A stretch of DNA of 38,115 nt from an uncultured bacterium (GTDB taxonomy: Bacteria; Eisenbacteria; RBG-16-71-46), in the NCBI GenBank assembly GCA_964554725.1, contig CAZKQE010000001.1:1-38115 (forward strand), written 5' to 3'. Positions within the stretch are counted from its first letter, which is position 1, and every line of letters begins with the position of its first letter. The position numbers were made by a program, and so were the translations under genes. The notes under the pieces are model-generated. The model was not told the DNA's origin. It did no database searches and was given only the letters and a program-made list of their open reading frames with translations. Positions 28,101 through 36,072 of this stretch are shown here, one piece after another.

Positions 28101-28207
28101 CCTCGACCGTCCTGACGCTGGTCCTGGTGCCCTGCCTCTACACGCTGCTCGAGGACGGCTGGGGGATGGTCGGCCGCGTCTGGCGCCGGGGGCCGCGGGC
28201 CGCCTGA
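25175..28207 (+). CDS. RND efflux transporter, inner-membrane pump, paralogue 2
   Basis: GTG start at 25175, 10 nt after the paralogue 1 stop. 1010 aa with the same architecture (LRHPVTASMVLICMLVLG, GLMLAVGMLVDNAVVVLE, LLILIGIVVNNGIVLVYH). It is clearly diverged from paralogue 1. Confidence 0.9.
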   Translation: MNLPRWSLRHPVTASMVLICMLVLGAISAPRLPLAFLPEVSFPGIEITIPYPNALPAQVEEEITRPAEEALATLSRVRRISSWSSTNAANIYVEFDWGEDIAPLRVEAREKLERIRDRLPVDVDQIQVNSFRSSDIPVLECRISADRDLSRDYELLNRNVADPLRRVPGVAKVELYGVEPPQVRIDFSLAALQRHGLDAERVLARLDASSRSLNAGLLRRGDEAWPLRVVNQFATLREFQDFPVDERGLRLADIATVALAEPDLDYGRHLDRSRAIGLNVIKESGANTVEVAERARRVLDAVGRDPQLGGIRVLTFTDQGQDIRNSLEGLMHAGIVGALLATGVLFFFLRNAVTTTVVAIAIPFSLLAASALMFFSGRTLNILSMMGLMLAVGMLVDNAVVVLESIHRHREAGRSNLRATLLGSREVLPAVLSSTATSIIVFLPLVLGGRTEITTWIGEVGRTIIFTLVCSLFLSLTAIPLAMGRLLQARVGPPSNALLRIAAFHQRVLHWTLTHRPASAGIAVAVFVGAILAFLPVDKSAFTASKVEGVGIQYEFSDNLNHREVEKYVTRVEDWIHERMDSLNVRSTYSYFTNNSGFTRAYLASGHQHDEGADVLRKALRARLPALPGVKLRLRGRDEDSGPSRITVRLFGDPGPRLDGLAEEVQRRLARVPGLNDVVVGGERGRQEVEVVVDRDRAFGYGLTTAEVGGAVARFFRGRSLARFRGPDGEVQVQARLAESDRSSLDQLDRFPVVVEGEGTVPLGSLADFRTVRTPAGVERQQRRSILAVRGNCDSKKAGEIRKNVSREMDGMSFPVGYSWSFGSGFEEADQTQQEMMLNLILALMLVYLVMAALFESLLHPFAIMLALPFAFVGIAWISLLTGSPFNLMAQIGLLILIGIVVNNGIVLVYHIHQLRERGVERTRAIEEAARDRLRPILMTTLCTILGLLPLAIGGNAVGDVLYYPLARTVIGGLAASTVLTLVLVPCLYTLLEDGWGMVGRVWRRGPRAA

Positions 28208-28609
28208 ACCGCGTCCCCGTCGGCGGGGTCGTACCCGTGCGACGCCGGCGCTGGGCACAATGCGGGCGCCGCCCCGCGGAACGCATGCTCCGGCCTGGGG
28301 GAACCCACCCTCGGGGTCCCATCCGCGACGTTCCGGGGCCGTCCCCTCGCACCCCCGCTCCGCGACCAGACCCTTGCGCCGCAAGGCGCTGAATGCTGCG
28401 GCCCGCGTCGGCTCGCCTTTCGCACGATGGCGCGGCACGGCGGCTGCCACGGGCGCGGACGCCGGAGCCGGACGGTCGGAACGACGACGGGTCCGCGGCG
28501 GCCCCCCCTGGCCGCGATCCTTCACGCCGCCCGACTCGACGCTACGCGACGCGACGCCTCCCGACCACCGGGGGGCGCGGTCGATCCCGCTCCCCAACTT
28601 CGAGGTGGC

Positions 28610-31600
28610 ATGGTGCGCAGGGTAACGCTGATCTCATGGATGACGGCCGGACTGGCGCTCGCGGTCGCCGCGTTCGCGCCGGCCGTCGCGCTGGCGGGTC
28701 CCTACAGCCGGCTCCAGGTGCTGCTGCCCGGCGAGACCGCCGCCCCCGGCACGCCGAGCGGCAAGACCGGCACGCCGAACCGGCAAACGGCGGGCGTGCC
28801 GTTCACGGTGACCGTGCGGGCCTGCGACACGAACTGGGACCTGGTGCCGACGACGACGAGTGCCATCGAGATCCTGGCCTCGGACGCCAGCGCCACGCTG
28901 CCCGCGCCGGCCCAGCTGGTGGGCGGCACCGCCGGCTTCACGGTGACGTTCAACGCCGGCGGCACCTTCACCGTCTTCGCCCACGACCAGACCGACGGCA
29001 CGATCCCGGACGGCGCCTCGGCGGCGGTCCAGTCGCTGGTGTTGCAGGGCTTCCGCTTCGCGACGATCTCGCAGAAGCACAAGTACGCCGGTGTCCCGGA
29101 CGGCACCACGATCACCGCGATCGACCCGGCCGGCAACACCGTGACCGGCTTCTCCGGCCCGGTGCGGCTCAAGGAGATCACCAGCTTCGGCGACGGCCGC
29201 ATCAGCCCCGAGGTGGTGACGTTCAGCAACGGGCAGTGGAGCGGCAACGTCACGATGTACCGCGCGGACGAGAGCAGCATCAACCGCGGCAACGTGAACA
29301 TGTACGCCTACCTCGAGGCGGCGCCGCAGAAGAACGGCACCAGCGACCCGTTCATCGTCCACCCGGGGCCGTTCGCCCGCGTCCAGCTCGTGGTGCCCGG
29401 CGAGTCGCCGCTGCCCGGCAGCGTCTCGGGCAAGGTCGGGACGCCGGCCACCCAGAGCGCCGGGCGCGCCTTCGTCGTGAGCGTGTGGGCGACCGACGCC
29501 TACTGGAACCCGGTGCCGAGCGGCGACAACGTGCGGCTCACCTCGAGCGACGGCGCCGCGAACACACCGCTCACCGGTGTGATGAGCAACGGCTTCCGGC
29601 AGTTCAGCCCCAGCCTCGGCACCGTCGGCACCCAGACGCTGACGATCGCCGACCTCACGAACGGATCCATCCAGGGCATGACGAGCCCCGGGATCCAGGT
29701 GATCCCGAGCTCGGTGGACCGTTTCGTGGTCTCGACCATCGCCTCGCCGCAGGTCGCCGGGGTTCCGGTCACCGTCACGATCCGCGCCACCGACGCCAGC
29801 GGGAACACGATCCCCGGCTTCGCCGGCGACGCCGTGCTGGTCGCCAACACCGGTGCGGGCAGCATCGCGCCCGAGTTCGTCACCTTCTCCGCCGGGACCT
29901 GGAGCGGTCCGATGGTGTTCAAGGGCGCGGGCGGCGCGGTCTCGTTCGCGGTCGCCGACTTCTCGGCCCCGCCGCACACCGGCGCCAGCAACAGCTTCAC
30001 CGTGAATCCCGGCCCCTTCAGCGGCCTCCAGGTGCTGCTGCCGGGCCAGTCGCCGCGCGGCGGCACCGCCGACGGCAAGGAAGGCGACCCGACGGCCCAG
30101 CAGGCCGGCACCGCCTTCACGCTGACGGTGCGGGCGGTGGACGCGTTCTGGAACCTGGTGAGCGGCGTCACGGACAGCATCGCCCTCGGCTCGAGCGACG
30201 CGGCGGCCGGGATGCCGGCGCGCACCCGGCTCACCGGCGGGCAGGCGCTGATCCCGACCACGCTCTACCGGACCGGCAGCCAGCGCATCTGGGCCAGCGA
30301 CATCACGCAGCCTTCCATCCGGCCCGACACCTCGAGCGCGGTGTCGGTGGGCGGCGGTCCGTTCGCGCGCGTGCTGGTGCTGGCGCCGGGCGAATACCCG
30401 CTGCCGGGCACGCCGGGTGGCCGCGGCGGCGCGGCGACCGACCAGTCCATCAACTACGCCTTCAACGTCACCGTGCTCGCCACCGACAACTGGTGGAACC
30501 CGGTCGGCGGCGTGACCGACGTCGTCCGCATCACCTCGGATGACCCGCTCGCCACCCTGCCGCCCGACCAGGCGCTGGTGGACGGCCAGGCCGAGATGCC
30601 GGTGCGGCTGGCGCGCGGCGGCTACAACCAGATCACGGTGAGCGACGTGACGCGGCCCTCGATCCCGGGCAGCAGCACGCAGGTGCGGGCGATCTCGAGC
30701 GGCTTCCACCTCGAGGCCTCGATCAGCCCCTCCTCGGCCCGCGCCGGGGAGCCGTTCACGCTCACGGTGAAGGTCACGAACGACGCCGGCAGCGTGATCC
30801 AGGAGATCAACTCGTTCGTCACGCTCGAGGTGCAGAACGCCTCGACCCGCGGCCCCGGCCGCGGCACGCTGCTGACCACCCAGTTCCAGCTCCTGCAGGG
30901 CCAGCGGGCGGTGTCGGAGACCTACACGTTCGCCGAGCCGATCGTCATCATCGCCCGCGACGACGCCGGCAACGCCCCGGCCACCTCGAACGCGATCACG
31001 ATCGGCCCCGGCCAGCCGACCGCGATCCGCCTCGCCAGCGCCCCGCCCTGGGTGGGGGGCAACAAGCACGCGACCGTGAGCGCGCGCCTGGTGGACGCGT
31101 TCGAGAACGGCGTGCCCGACCAGGCGATGACCTTCGCGGTCCTCGCCGGCGCCGGCCAGCTGACCCCGCTCGACTCCCTCACCGCCGCCGACGGCGTGGC
31201 GCGCGCCGACTTCCTGAGCCCGCGCCAGCCCGAGATGGGGCGCGTGCGCGCCTCGTCGAACGGTCTCGTCGCCGACCTCGACCTGCAGACCGCGTTCGTC
31301 GACCCCAACGCCGCCGGCGGGCACATCACGAACTATCCGAACCCGTTCCACCCGCCGAACGAGCCCACCACGATCGCCTACCAGCTCGCGGACCACGCGA
31401 CGGTGACGATGCGGATCTTCACGCTCAGCGGTGACCTGGTGCTCCAGCGCACCTTCGCGCGCGGCGACGCGGGCGGCGCCTCCGGGCTCAACGAGGTCGC
31501 CTGGGACGGGCGCAACGGCGAGGGCCGCGTGGTCGCCAGCGGCGGCTACATCGTGCTGGTCGAAGCGCAGGGGACCGGCGAGACCCTGCACGTCATCCGC

Positions 31601-31624
31601 CGCAAGATCGCGGTCGTCCGCTAG
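28610..31624 (+). CDS. Large secreted/surface protein built of alternating Ig-like repeats with C-terminal FlgD-Ig / T9SS-CTD-like domain (putative adhesin)
   Basis: ATG 28610 follows GAGGTGG. The signal peptide ends AVALA-GP. There are four A-type repeats of about 115 aa (consensus GPFxRxQVLLPGE..PG...GK.G.P..Q.AG..F.VTV.A.D..WN.V), three B-type repeats of about 100 aa (AGVP.T.TI.A.D..GNT..GF.G...FS.G.WSG) and one Big-like domain. The tail is NYPNPFHPPNEPTTIAYQL...WDGRNGEGRVVASGGYIVLVE...RRKIAVVR. Confidence 0.75.
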   Translation: MVRRVTLISWMTAGLALAVAAFAPAVALAGPYSRLQVLLPGETAAPGTPSGKTGTPNRQTAGVPFTVTVRACDTNWDLVPTTTSAIEILASDASATLPAPAQLVGGTAGFTVTFNAGGTFTVFAHDQTDGTIPDGASAAVQSLVLQGFRFATISQKHKYAGVPDGTTITAIDPAGNTVTGFSGPVRLKEITSFGDGRISPEVVTFSNGQWSGNVTMYRADESSINRGNVNMYAYLEAAPQKNGTSDPFIVHPGPFARVQLVVPGESPLPGSVSGKVGTPATQSAGRAFVVSVWATDAYWNPVPSGDNVRLTSSDGAANTPLTGVMSNGFRQFSPSLGTVGTQTLTIADLTNGSIQGMTSPGIQVIPSSVDRFVVSTIASPQVAGVPVTVTIRATDASGNTIPGFAGDAVLVANTGAGSIAPEFVTFSAGTWSGPMVFKGAGGAVSFAVADFSAPPHTGASNSFTVNPGPFSGLQVLLPGQSPRGGTADGKEGDPTAQQAGTAFTLTVRAVDAFWNLVSGVTDSIALGSSDAAAGMPARTRLTGGQALIPTTLYRTGSQRIWASDITQPSIRPDTSSAVSVGGGPFARVLVLAPGEYPLPGTPGGRGGAATDQSINYAFNVTVLATDNWWNPVGGVTDVVRITSDDPLATLPPDQALVDGQAEMPVRLARGGYNQITVSDVTRPSIPGSSTQVRAISSGFHLEASISPSSARAGEPFTLTVKVTNDAGSVIQEINSFVTLEVQNASTRGPGRGTLLTTQFQLLQGQRAVSETYTFAEPIVIIARDDAGNAPATSNAITIGPGQPTAIRLASAPPWVGGNKHATVSARLVDAFENGVPDQAMTFAVLAGAGQLTPLDSLTAADGVARADFLSPRQPEMGRVRASSNGLVADLDLQTAFVDPNAAGGHITNYPNPFHPPNEPTTIAYQLADHATVTMRIFTLSGDLVLQRTFARGDAGGASGLNEVAWDGRNGEGRVVASGGYIVLVEAQGTGETLHVIRRKIAVVR

Positions 31625-31630
31625 GAGGGC

Positions 31631-32908
31631 ATGATGATCCCCAATCGCAGGTCATGGACGGGCGGGGTCGCCCTGCTGGCGACGCTGACGCTGGCGGGCC
31701 CGGTCCGCGCCCAGGTGCAGAACGCCGGCGGTCCCGGCGAGTGGTTCAACCGTTACACCACCGCGCGCACGCTCGGGCTCGGGGGCGCGTTCGTCGCCGT
31801 GGCGGACGACCCGCTCGGCGTCCTCTGGAACCCGGCCGGGCTGTCGGCGATGGACCAGAACGAGCTGCGGTTCGAGAACGCACGGCTGTTCGAGGACACC
31901 TCGATCAACGGCATCGCGTTCGCGGTCCCGGGCAGCCGGTTGCCCAGCTTCGGCGTCAGCGTCGTGTCGCTCGGCTCGGGCGAGTTCCAGCGCACGAACG
32001 ACATGAACGACCCGCTCGGCACCTTCCGCCAGGGCGAGACCGCCTACCTGCTGACCGCCGCGAAGGCGTTCTCGACCCGGTTCGCGGTGGGGGCCAACGT
32101 CAAGCTGGTCCAGCAGCGGGTCGAGGACTTCACCGCCGGCGGGTTCGGCATGGACCTGGGCGGCTGGTACGTCGTCCGCCCCGGCCTCCGGGTCGGCGGA
32201 TCGGTCGCCAACCTGGGCGGGCCGAAGCTGACGCTGCGGTCGGTCGAGGAGGCGTGGCCCACCCAGGTCCGCGGCGGCGTCGCGGCCCAGGTGCTCGGGG
32301 GCCGCGGCCTGATCGTGGCCCAGATGGACCACTCCCAGGGGCTCGGCGCCCGCTTCCACGCCGGCGGCGAGTACTGGATCCAGCCGGGGCTCGCCCTGCG
32401 CGCGGGCGTGGACGACGCGGCCGGCACCGGCGGGTTCAGCGTGCGGTTCGCGGACCAGTACCAGGTGGACTACGGCGTCGCCGACCACCCGCTCGGGATG
32501 ACCCACCGGGTCGGCGTGAGCTACCGGTTCGGCGGATTCTTCGCCAGCTCGCGGGCCGAGCCCGCCGTGTTCTCGCCCACCGGCGAGCGGGCGGTGACGC
32601 AGATCCAGCTCAACGCGCGCACCAAGGCGGACGCGCAGGACTGGACGCTGGAGATCGTCAACAAGGCGCAGGAGGTGGTGCGGCGCTTCGGCGGCAGCGG
32701 CCAGACGCCCGCCCACATCCAGTGGGACGGCAAGGACGAGTCCGGCATGCCGCTCGCCGACGGCAGCTACCGCTACCAGCTGGTGGTGAAGGACCGCGAG
32801 GGCCGGCGCATCGCCGGGCCGGTGCGGCAGGTCGAGATCTCGACCGCCGGCCCGCAGGGACAGGTCCCGGTGGTCCAGGCGCAGGAAACCCCGCAGGAGC
32901 CGCGATGA
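31631..32908 (+). CDS. PorV/PorQ-like outer-membrane beta-barrel fused to a C-terminal FlgD Ig-like domain
   Basis: AGGAGGG lies upstream; ATG 31631 or 31634 could be the start. The signal peptide ends GPVRA-QV. The signature ARTLGLGGAFVAVADDPLGVLWNPAGL is typical of the PorV/PorQ (UPF0164/FadL-like) family. Alternating beta-strand patterns run to aa ~300 and end in SYRF. The region aa ~309-404 has WDGKDESGMPLADGSYRYQLVV (FlgD-Ig signature). Confidence 0.65.
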   Translation: MMIPNRRSWTGGVALLATLTLAGPVRAQVQNAGGPGEWFNRYTTARTLGLGGAFVAVADDPLGVLWNPAGLSAMDQNELRFENARLFEDTSINGIAFAVPGSRLPSFGVSVVSLGSGEFQRTNDMNDPLGTFRQGETAYLLTAAKAFSTRFAVGANVKLVQQRVEDFTAGGFGMDLGGWYVVRPGLRVGGSVANLGGPKLTLRSVEEAWPTQVRGGVAAQVLGGRGLIVAQMDHSQGLGARFHAGGEYWIQPGLALRAGVDDAAGTGGFSVRFADQYQVDYGVADHPLGMTHRVGVSYRFGGFFASSRAEPAVFSPTGERAVTQIQLNARTKADAQDWTLEIVNKAQEVVRRFGGSGQTPAHIQWDGKDESGMPLADGSYRYQLVVKDREGRRIAGPVRQVEISTAGPQGQVPVVQAQETPQEPR

Positions 32909-35900
32909 GCCCGCGCCGCACCGTGCCCGCCGCCCTCCCGGCGGCCGGGCTGATGCTGATCGCGTCCCTGGCCGCCGCGCCGGACGCCGGGGCGGGCCGC
33001 GCCGCGCCGGCGCGGCCGGACGGGTCGGTCCCGACGCTGCGCGAGATCGGCGAGGACTTCGAGCAGGTCCGCACGCTGTCCGGCGCCCCGCGTTCGACCG
33101 CGCTCGCGCAGTCGCAGCAGGCGCTCGAGCAGGCGCTGCGCGGCAGCCTCGAGGAGGAGCGGCGCGCGGCCGCGCGCCTGCTCGCCGGGGCCGTCGCGTT
33201 CGAGCTGGGCGACTACGCCCACGCCGGCGTGCGCCACCGCGAGGCGGCGTCCGGCCTCGGCAAGGGCCCGTTCGCCGACGACGCGGAGTTCGCGGCGATC
33301 GAGGCGCAGCAGGCGGCCGGCGACGACGCCGGGGCGGCGCGTGAGTGGGCGAAGTGGGAGAAGCGGCACCCGGCGAGCCCGTTGCTGCCGGTGGCGCGGC
33401 TCGAGCAGGCCTGGAACGAGCTCCGGCGCGGGGAGACCGCGGCGGCGCAGAAGCGGCTCGCCGCGCTGGCGGTCTCGCATCCCTGGATCGCGCGCGACGC
33501 GCGCTTCACCCTGGCGCGGGCCACCGCCGCCTGGCAGGCGGGCCAGCCGGCGGAGGCACTCGCCCTGCTGGGGCCGCGACCGACCGGAGCCCCGGCGCTC
33601 TACCTGCGCGCCCTGTGCCTCGAGCGCCAGGGTTCGCTGCTCAAGGCGGCCGCCGCCTTCCAGGAGGTCGCCGAGCGTCACGCGACGAGCGCGCTGCGAG
33701 ACCCGGCGCTGCTCGGCAAGGCCGGCACCTTCCTCGCCGCCCGGGACCATCGCAGCGCCGCCGAGGAGTTCGCCCGCGTGGCCCAGCGCGTCCGCGACCC
33801 GCGCATCCGGGCCGAGGCCGAACTGCGGCGGGCCGGGGCGGTGTTCCTGGCCGGGGGGACGGACTCCGCGCTGTCGCTGCTGCGGGCGGTGGTCGTCGCC
33901 CACGGCGGGACCGACGTCGCCGCCCGCGCCCAGTTCCTGGTCGGCGAGGCGCTCATCGCCCGGGACGACCCGGCGGGGGCGATCGTCGAGTTCAACCGCG
34001 TGCTCGCGAGCTACTTCCAGCACCAGGTGGCGGCCAGCGCCCAGTACCGGGTCGCCCGCTGCCTGGACCAGCTCGGGCGGCGCGCCGAGGCCACCGGCAG
34101 CTACCAGGCGGTGGTGTCCGGCTATCCGCTCGAGGCGGAGGCCCCGGCGGCCGCCTACCTGGCCGGCGTCGGTCTCCTGGACCAGAACAAGCCCCTGGCC
34201 GCCGCGCCCTACTTCCAGCTGGTGCTCGACCGCTACGCGCGGTCGCGCGAGGCCGGCGGGCACCTGGTGTTCGCGTCGCCCGAACACCAGGAGCTGGTCG
34301 AGGCGGCGCTGTGCCTGCTCCAGTACAGCTACCACCGCGCCGGCGACCTCGGGCAGCTCTCCGGGGCGCCCCACCTGCTGCTCCGCCGGATGCCGCCCAG
34401 CCGCTCGCCGTGGCGCGCCTACGCGCTGCTGATCGACGCCGACGCCGCGGCCGCCCAGGCCCGCTATCCCGAGTCCCAGGCGACCCTCGAGCAGGTCCTG
34501 CGCGAGTTCCCCGACCATCCGGTCGGCGCCTCCGCGACCAAGCTGCTGGCGTGGACCTACGCCCGCCAGGGTCGCGACAGTCTCGCGATCGCCACCGAGG
34601 AGCGCCTGCTGGCGCGCTACGGCTCGACCGGCCGCAGCGAGGTGCTGGCGGCGGCGTTCCTCGACATCGCCCACGAGCGCTTCAACCAGAAGCGCTACCG
34701 GGAGTCGGCGGGCGCCTACGAGGACTTCCTGCGCCGCTTCCCCGGCCACCCGCGGCGGCTGCTGGCGCTCTACCAGGCGGGGCTCTGCTACCTGCGGCTC
34801 GACCGCGCGGGCGACGCGGCGGACCGCTGGGAGGCGATCGTGCGCGACAGCGCCGGCGCCCCGATCGCCGAGCGCGCCTGGGCGCGGGTGGGGGACGTCT
34901 ACTTCCAGGCCGAGCGCTACGAGGACGCGCGCCGCTGCTACCGCGGCCTGCTCGAGCACTTCGCCGGCAGCTCGGCCGCGTCGCTGGCGACCCTGCGGCT
35001 CGCCCAGTGCGAGTACAACGCCGGCCGCGACGCGGCGGCGCTGGAGGCGTTCGCGACCGTCCTCGAGCGCTTCCCGGGCACGCCGGCCGCGCGCGAGGCG
35101 ACCCGCGGCACCGAGCGCGCGCTCTACCGTCTGAGCCAGGGCCCGGACGGCACCGGGGTGCTGGAGCGGCTGGTCGAGCAGTACCCGGCCAGCGCGTTCG
35201 CCGCCGACGCGCAGTTCCAGATCGGCCGCCGTCACTACCAGGAGAAGCGCTTCGCCGAGGCCGCGGACCACTTCCGCCGCGTCGTCAGCCGCTTCCCCGG
35301 CTACTCGGCCGCCGACCAGGCCCAGTTCCTGATCGCCGACGCCCAGGCGCAGGCCGGCGCGACCGAGGAGGCGCGGCAGGCCTACGAGCAGTTCCTGGCC
35401 TACTTCCCGGGCAGCGAGCTGGCCGCCACCGTCCACTTCCGCCTCGGCCTGATGCGCTTCGAGGCCAAGGACTACATGCAGGCCGCGGTCGCCTTCACCC
35501 GCGTGCTCGACGACTCCGCGAGCGGCGAGGTGCGCGCCGCCTCGCGCTACAACCTGGCGCTGTGCCAGCGGCTGCTCGGGCGCACGGTCGAGGCGCGCGA
35601 GGGGCTCGAGCAGTACCGGCGCGACTTCCCGGGCGACGCGCGGGCGGCCGAGGTGGCGTTCCAGCTCGGCGACCTCGCCGACGCGGCGGGCCAGCCGGCG
35701 GCGGCGGCCGAGGAGTTCGACCTCGCGCTGCGCTCGCGCCCCGCGCGGACGCTCGCGATCGAGATCCAGTACCGGCTCGGGCGCGCCCGCGAGCAGCTCG
35801 GCGACGCGGACGGGGCGCTGGCGGCCTATCAGGGGGCGGCGGCGGCGACCGACCGCGACCATCCGTTCCGCCTCTCCGCGCTGGCGCGCTGCGCCGCGCT

Positions 35901-36036
35901 CTACGAGACGCGCAAGGACCACGCGCGGGCCCTCACGGCCTACCGCGACATCATGAAGCACGCCAAGGACCCCGAGCTCGTGGGGGCGGCCGGTGATCGC
36001 GTCGCCCAGCTCGAAGCCGGTGCGCGCAAGCGGTAG
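32905..36036 (+). CDS. Giant periplasmic tetratricopeptide-repeat protein (array of YbgF/BamD-type TPR units)
   Basis: ATG 32905 overlaps the previous stop (ATGA). 1043 aa with a signal peptide (LMLIASLAAAPDAGA). Ten or more repeats follow the pattern A..A.F.LG......Y..A...F..V...FPG...A..A. Examples are RFPGHPRRLLALYQAGLCYL, QYPASAFAADAQFQIGRRHY, RFPGYSAADQAQFLIADA and YFPGSELAATVHFRLGLM. Confidence 0.8.
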   Translation: MSPRRTVPAALPAAGLMLIASLAAAPDAGAGRAAPARPDGSVPTLREIGEDFEQVRTLSGAPRSTALAQSQQALEQALRGSLEEERRAAARLLAGAVAFELGDYAHAGVRHREAASGLGKGPFADDAEFAAIEAQQAAGDDAGAAREWAKWEKRHPASPLLPVARLEQAWNELRRGETAAAQKRLAALAVSHPWIARDARFTLARATAAWQAGQPAEALALLGPRPTGAPALYLRALCLERQGSLLKAAAAFQEVAERHATSALRDPALLGKAGTFLAARDHRSAAEEFARVAQRVRDPRIRAEAELRRAGAVFLAGGTDSALSLLRAVVVAHGGTDVAARAQFLVGEALIARDDPAGAIVEFNRVLASYFQHQVAASAQYRVARCLDQLGRRAEATGSYQAVVSGYPLEAEAPAAAYLAGVGLLDQNKPLAAAPYFQLVLDRYARSREAGGHLVFASPEHQELVEAALCLLQYSYHRAGDLGQLSGAPHLLLRRMPPSRSPWRAYALLIDADAAAAQARYPESQATLEQVLREFPDHPVGASATKLLAWTYARQGRDSLAIATEERLLARYGSTGRSEVLAAAFLDIAHERFNQKRYRESAGAYEDFLRRFPGHPRRLLALYQAGLCYLRLDRAGDAADRWEAIVRDSAGAPIAERAWARVGDVYFQAERYEDARRCYRGLLEHFAGSSAASLATLRLAQCEYNAGRDAAALEAFATVLERFPGTPAAREATRGTERALYRLSQGPDGTGVLERLVEQYPASAFAADAQFQIGRRHYQEKRFAEAADHFRRVVSRFPGYSAADQAQFLIADAQAQAGATEEARQAYEQFLAYFPGSELAATVHFRLGLMRFEAKDYMQAAVAFTRVLDDSASGEVRAASRYNLALCQRLLGRTVEAREGLEQYRRDFPGDARAAEVAFQLGDLADAAGQPAAAAEEFDLALRSRPARTLAIEIQYRLGRAREQLGDADGALAAYQGAAAATDRDHPFRLSALARCAALYETRKDHARALTAYRDIMKHAKDPELVGAAGDRVAQLEAGARKR

Positions 36037-36072
36037 CGCGCCGGACGACCACCCCACCAAGGAGCGATCCCG

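Noticed and set aside
28372-28386. 15-bp palindrome CCTTGCG-C-CGCAAGG as a specific operator
   Set aside because: A 7+7 palindrome is expected to occur by chance several times in 38 kb of strongly GC-biased DNA. No second copy and no adjacent regulator gene supports it. It is kept only as a note inside the leader finding.
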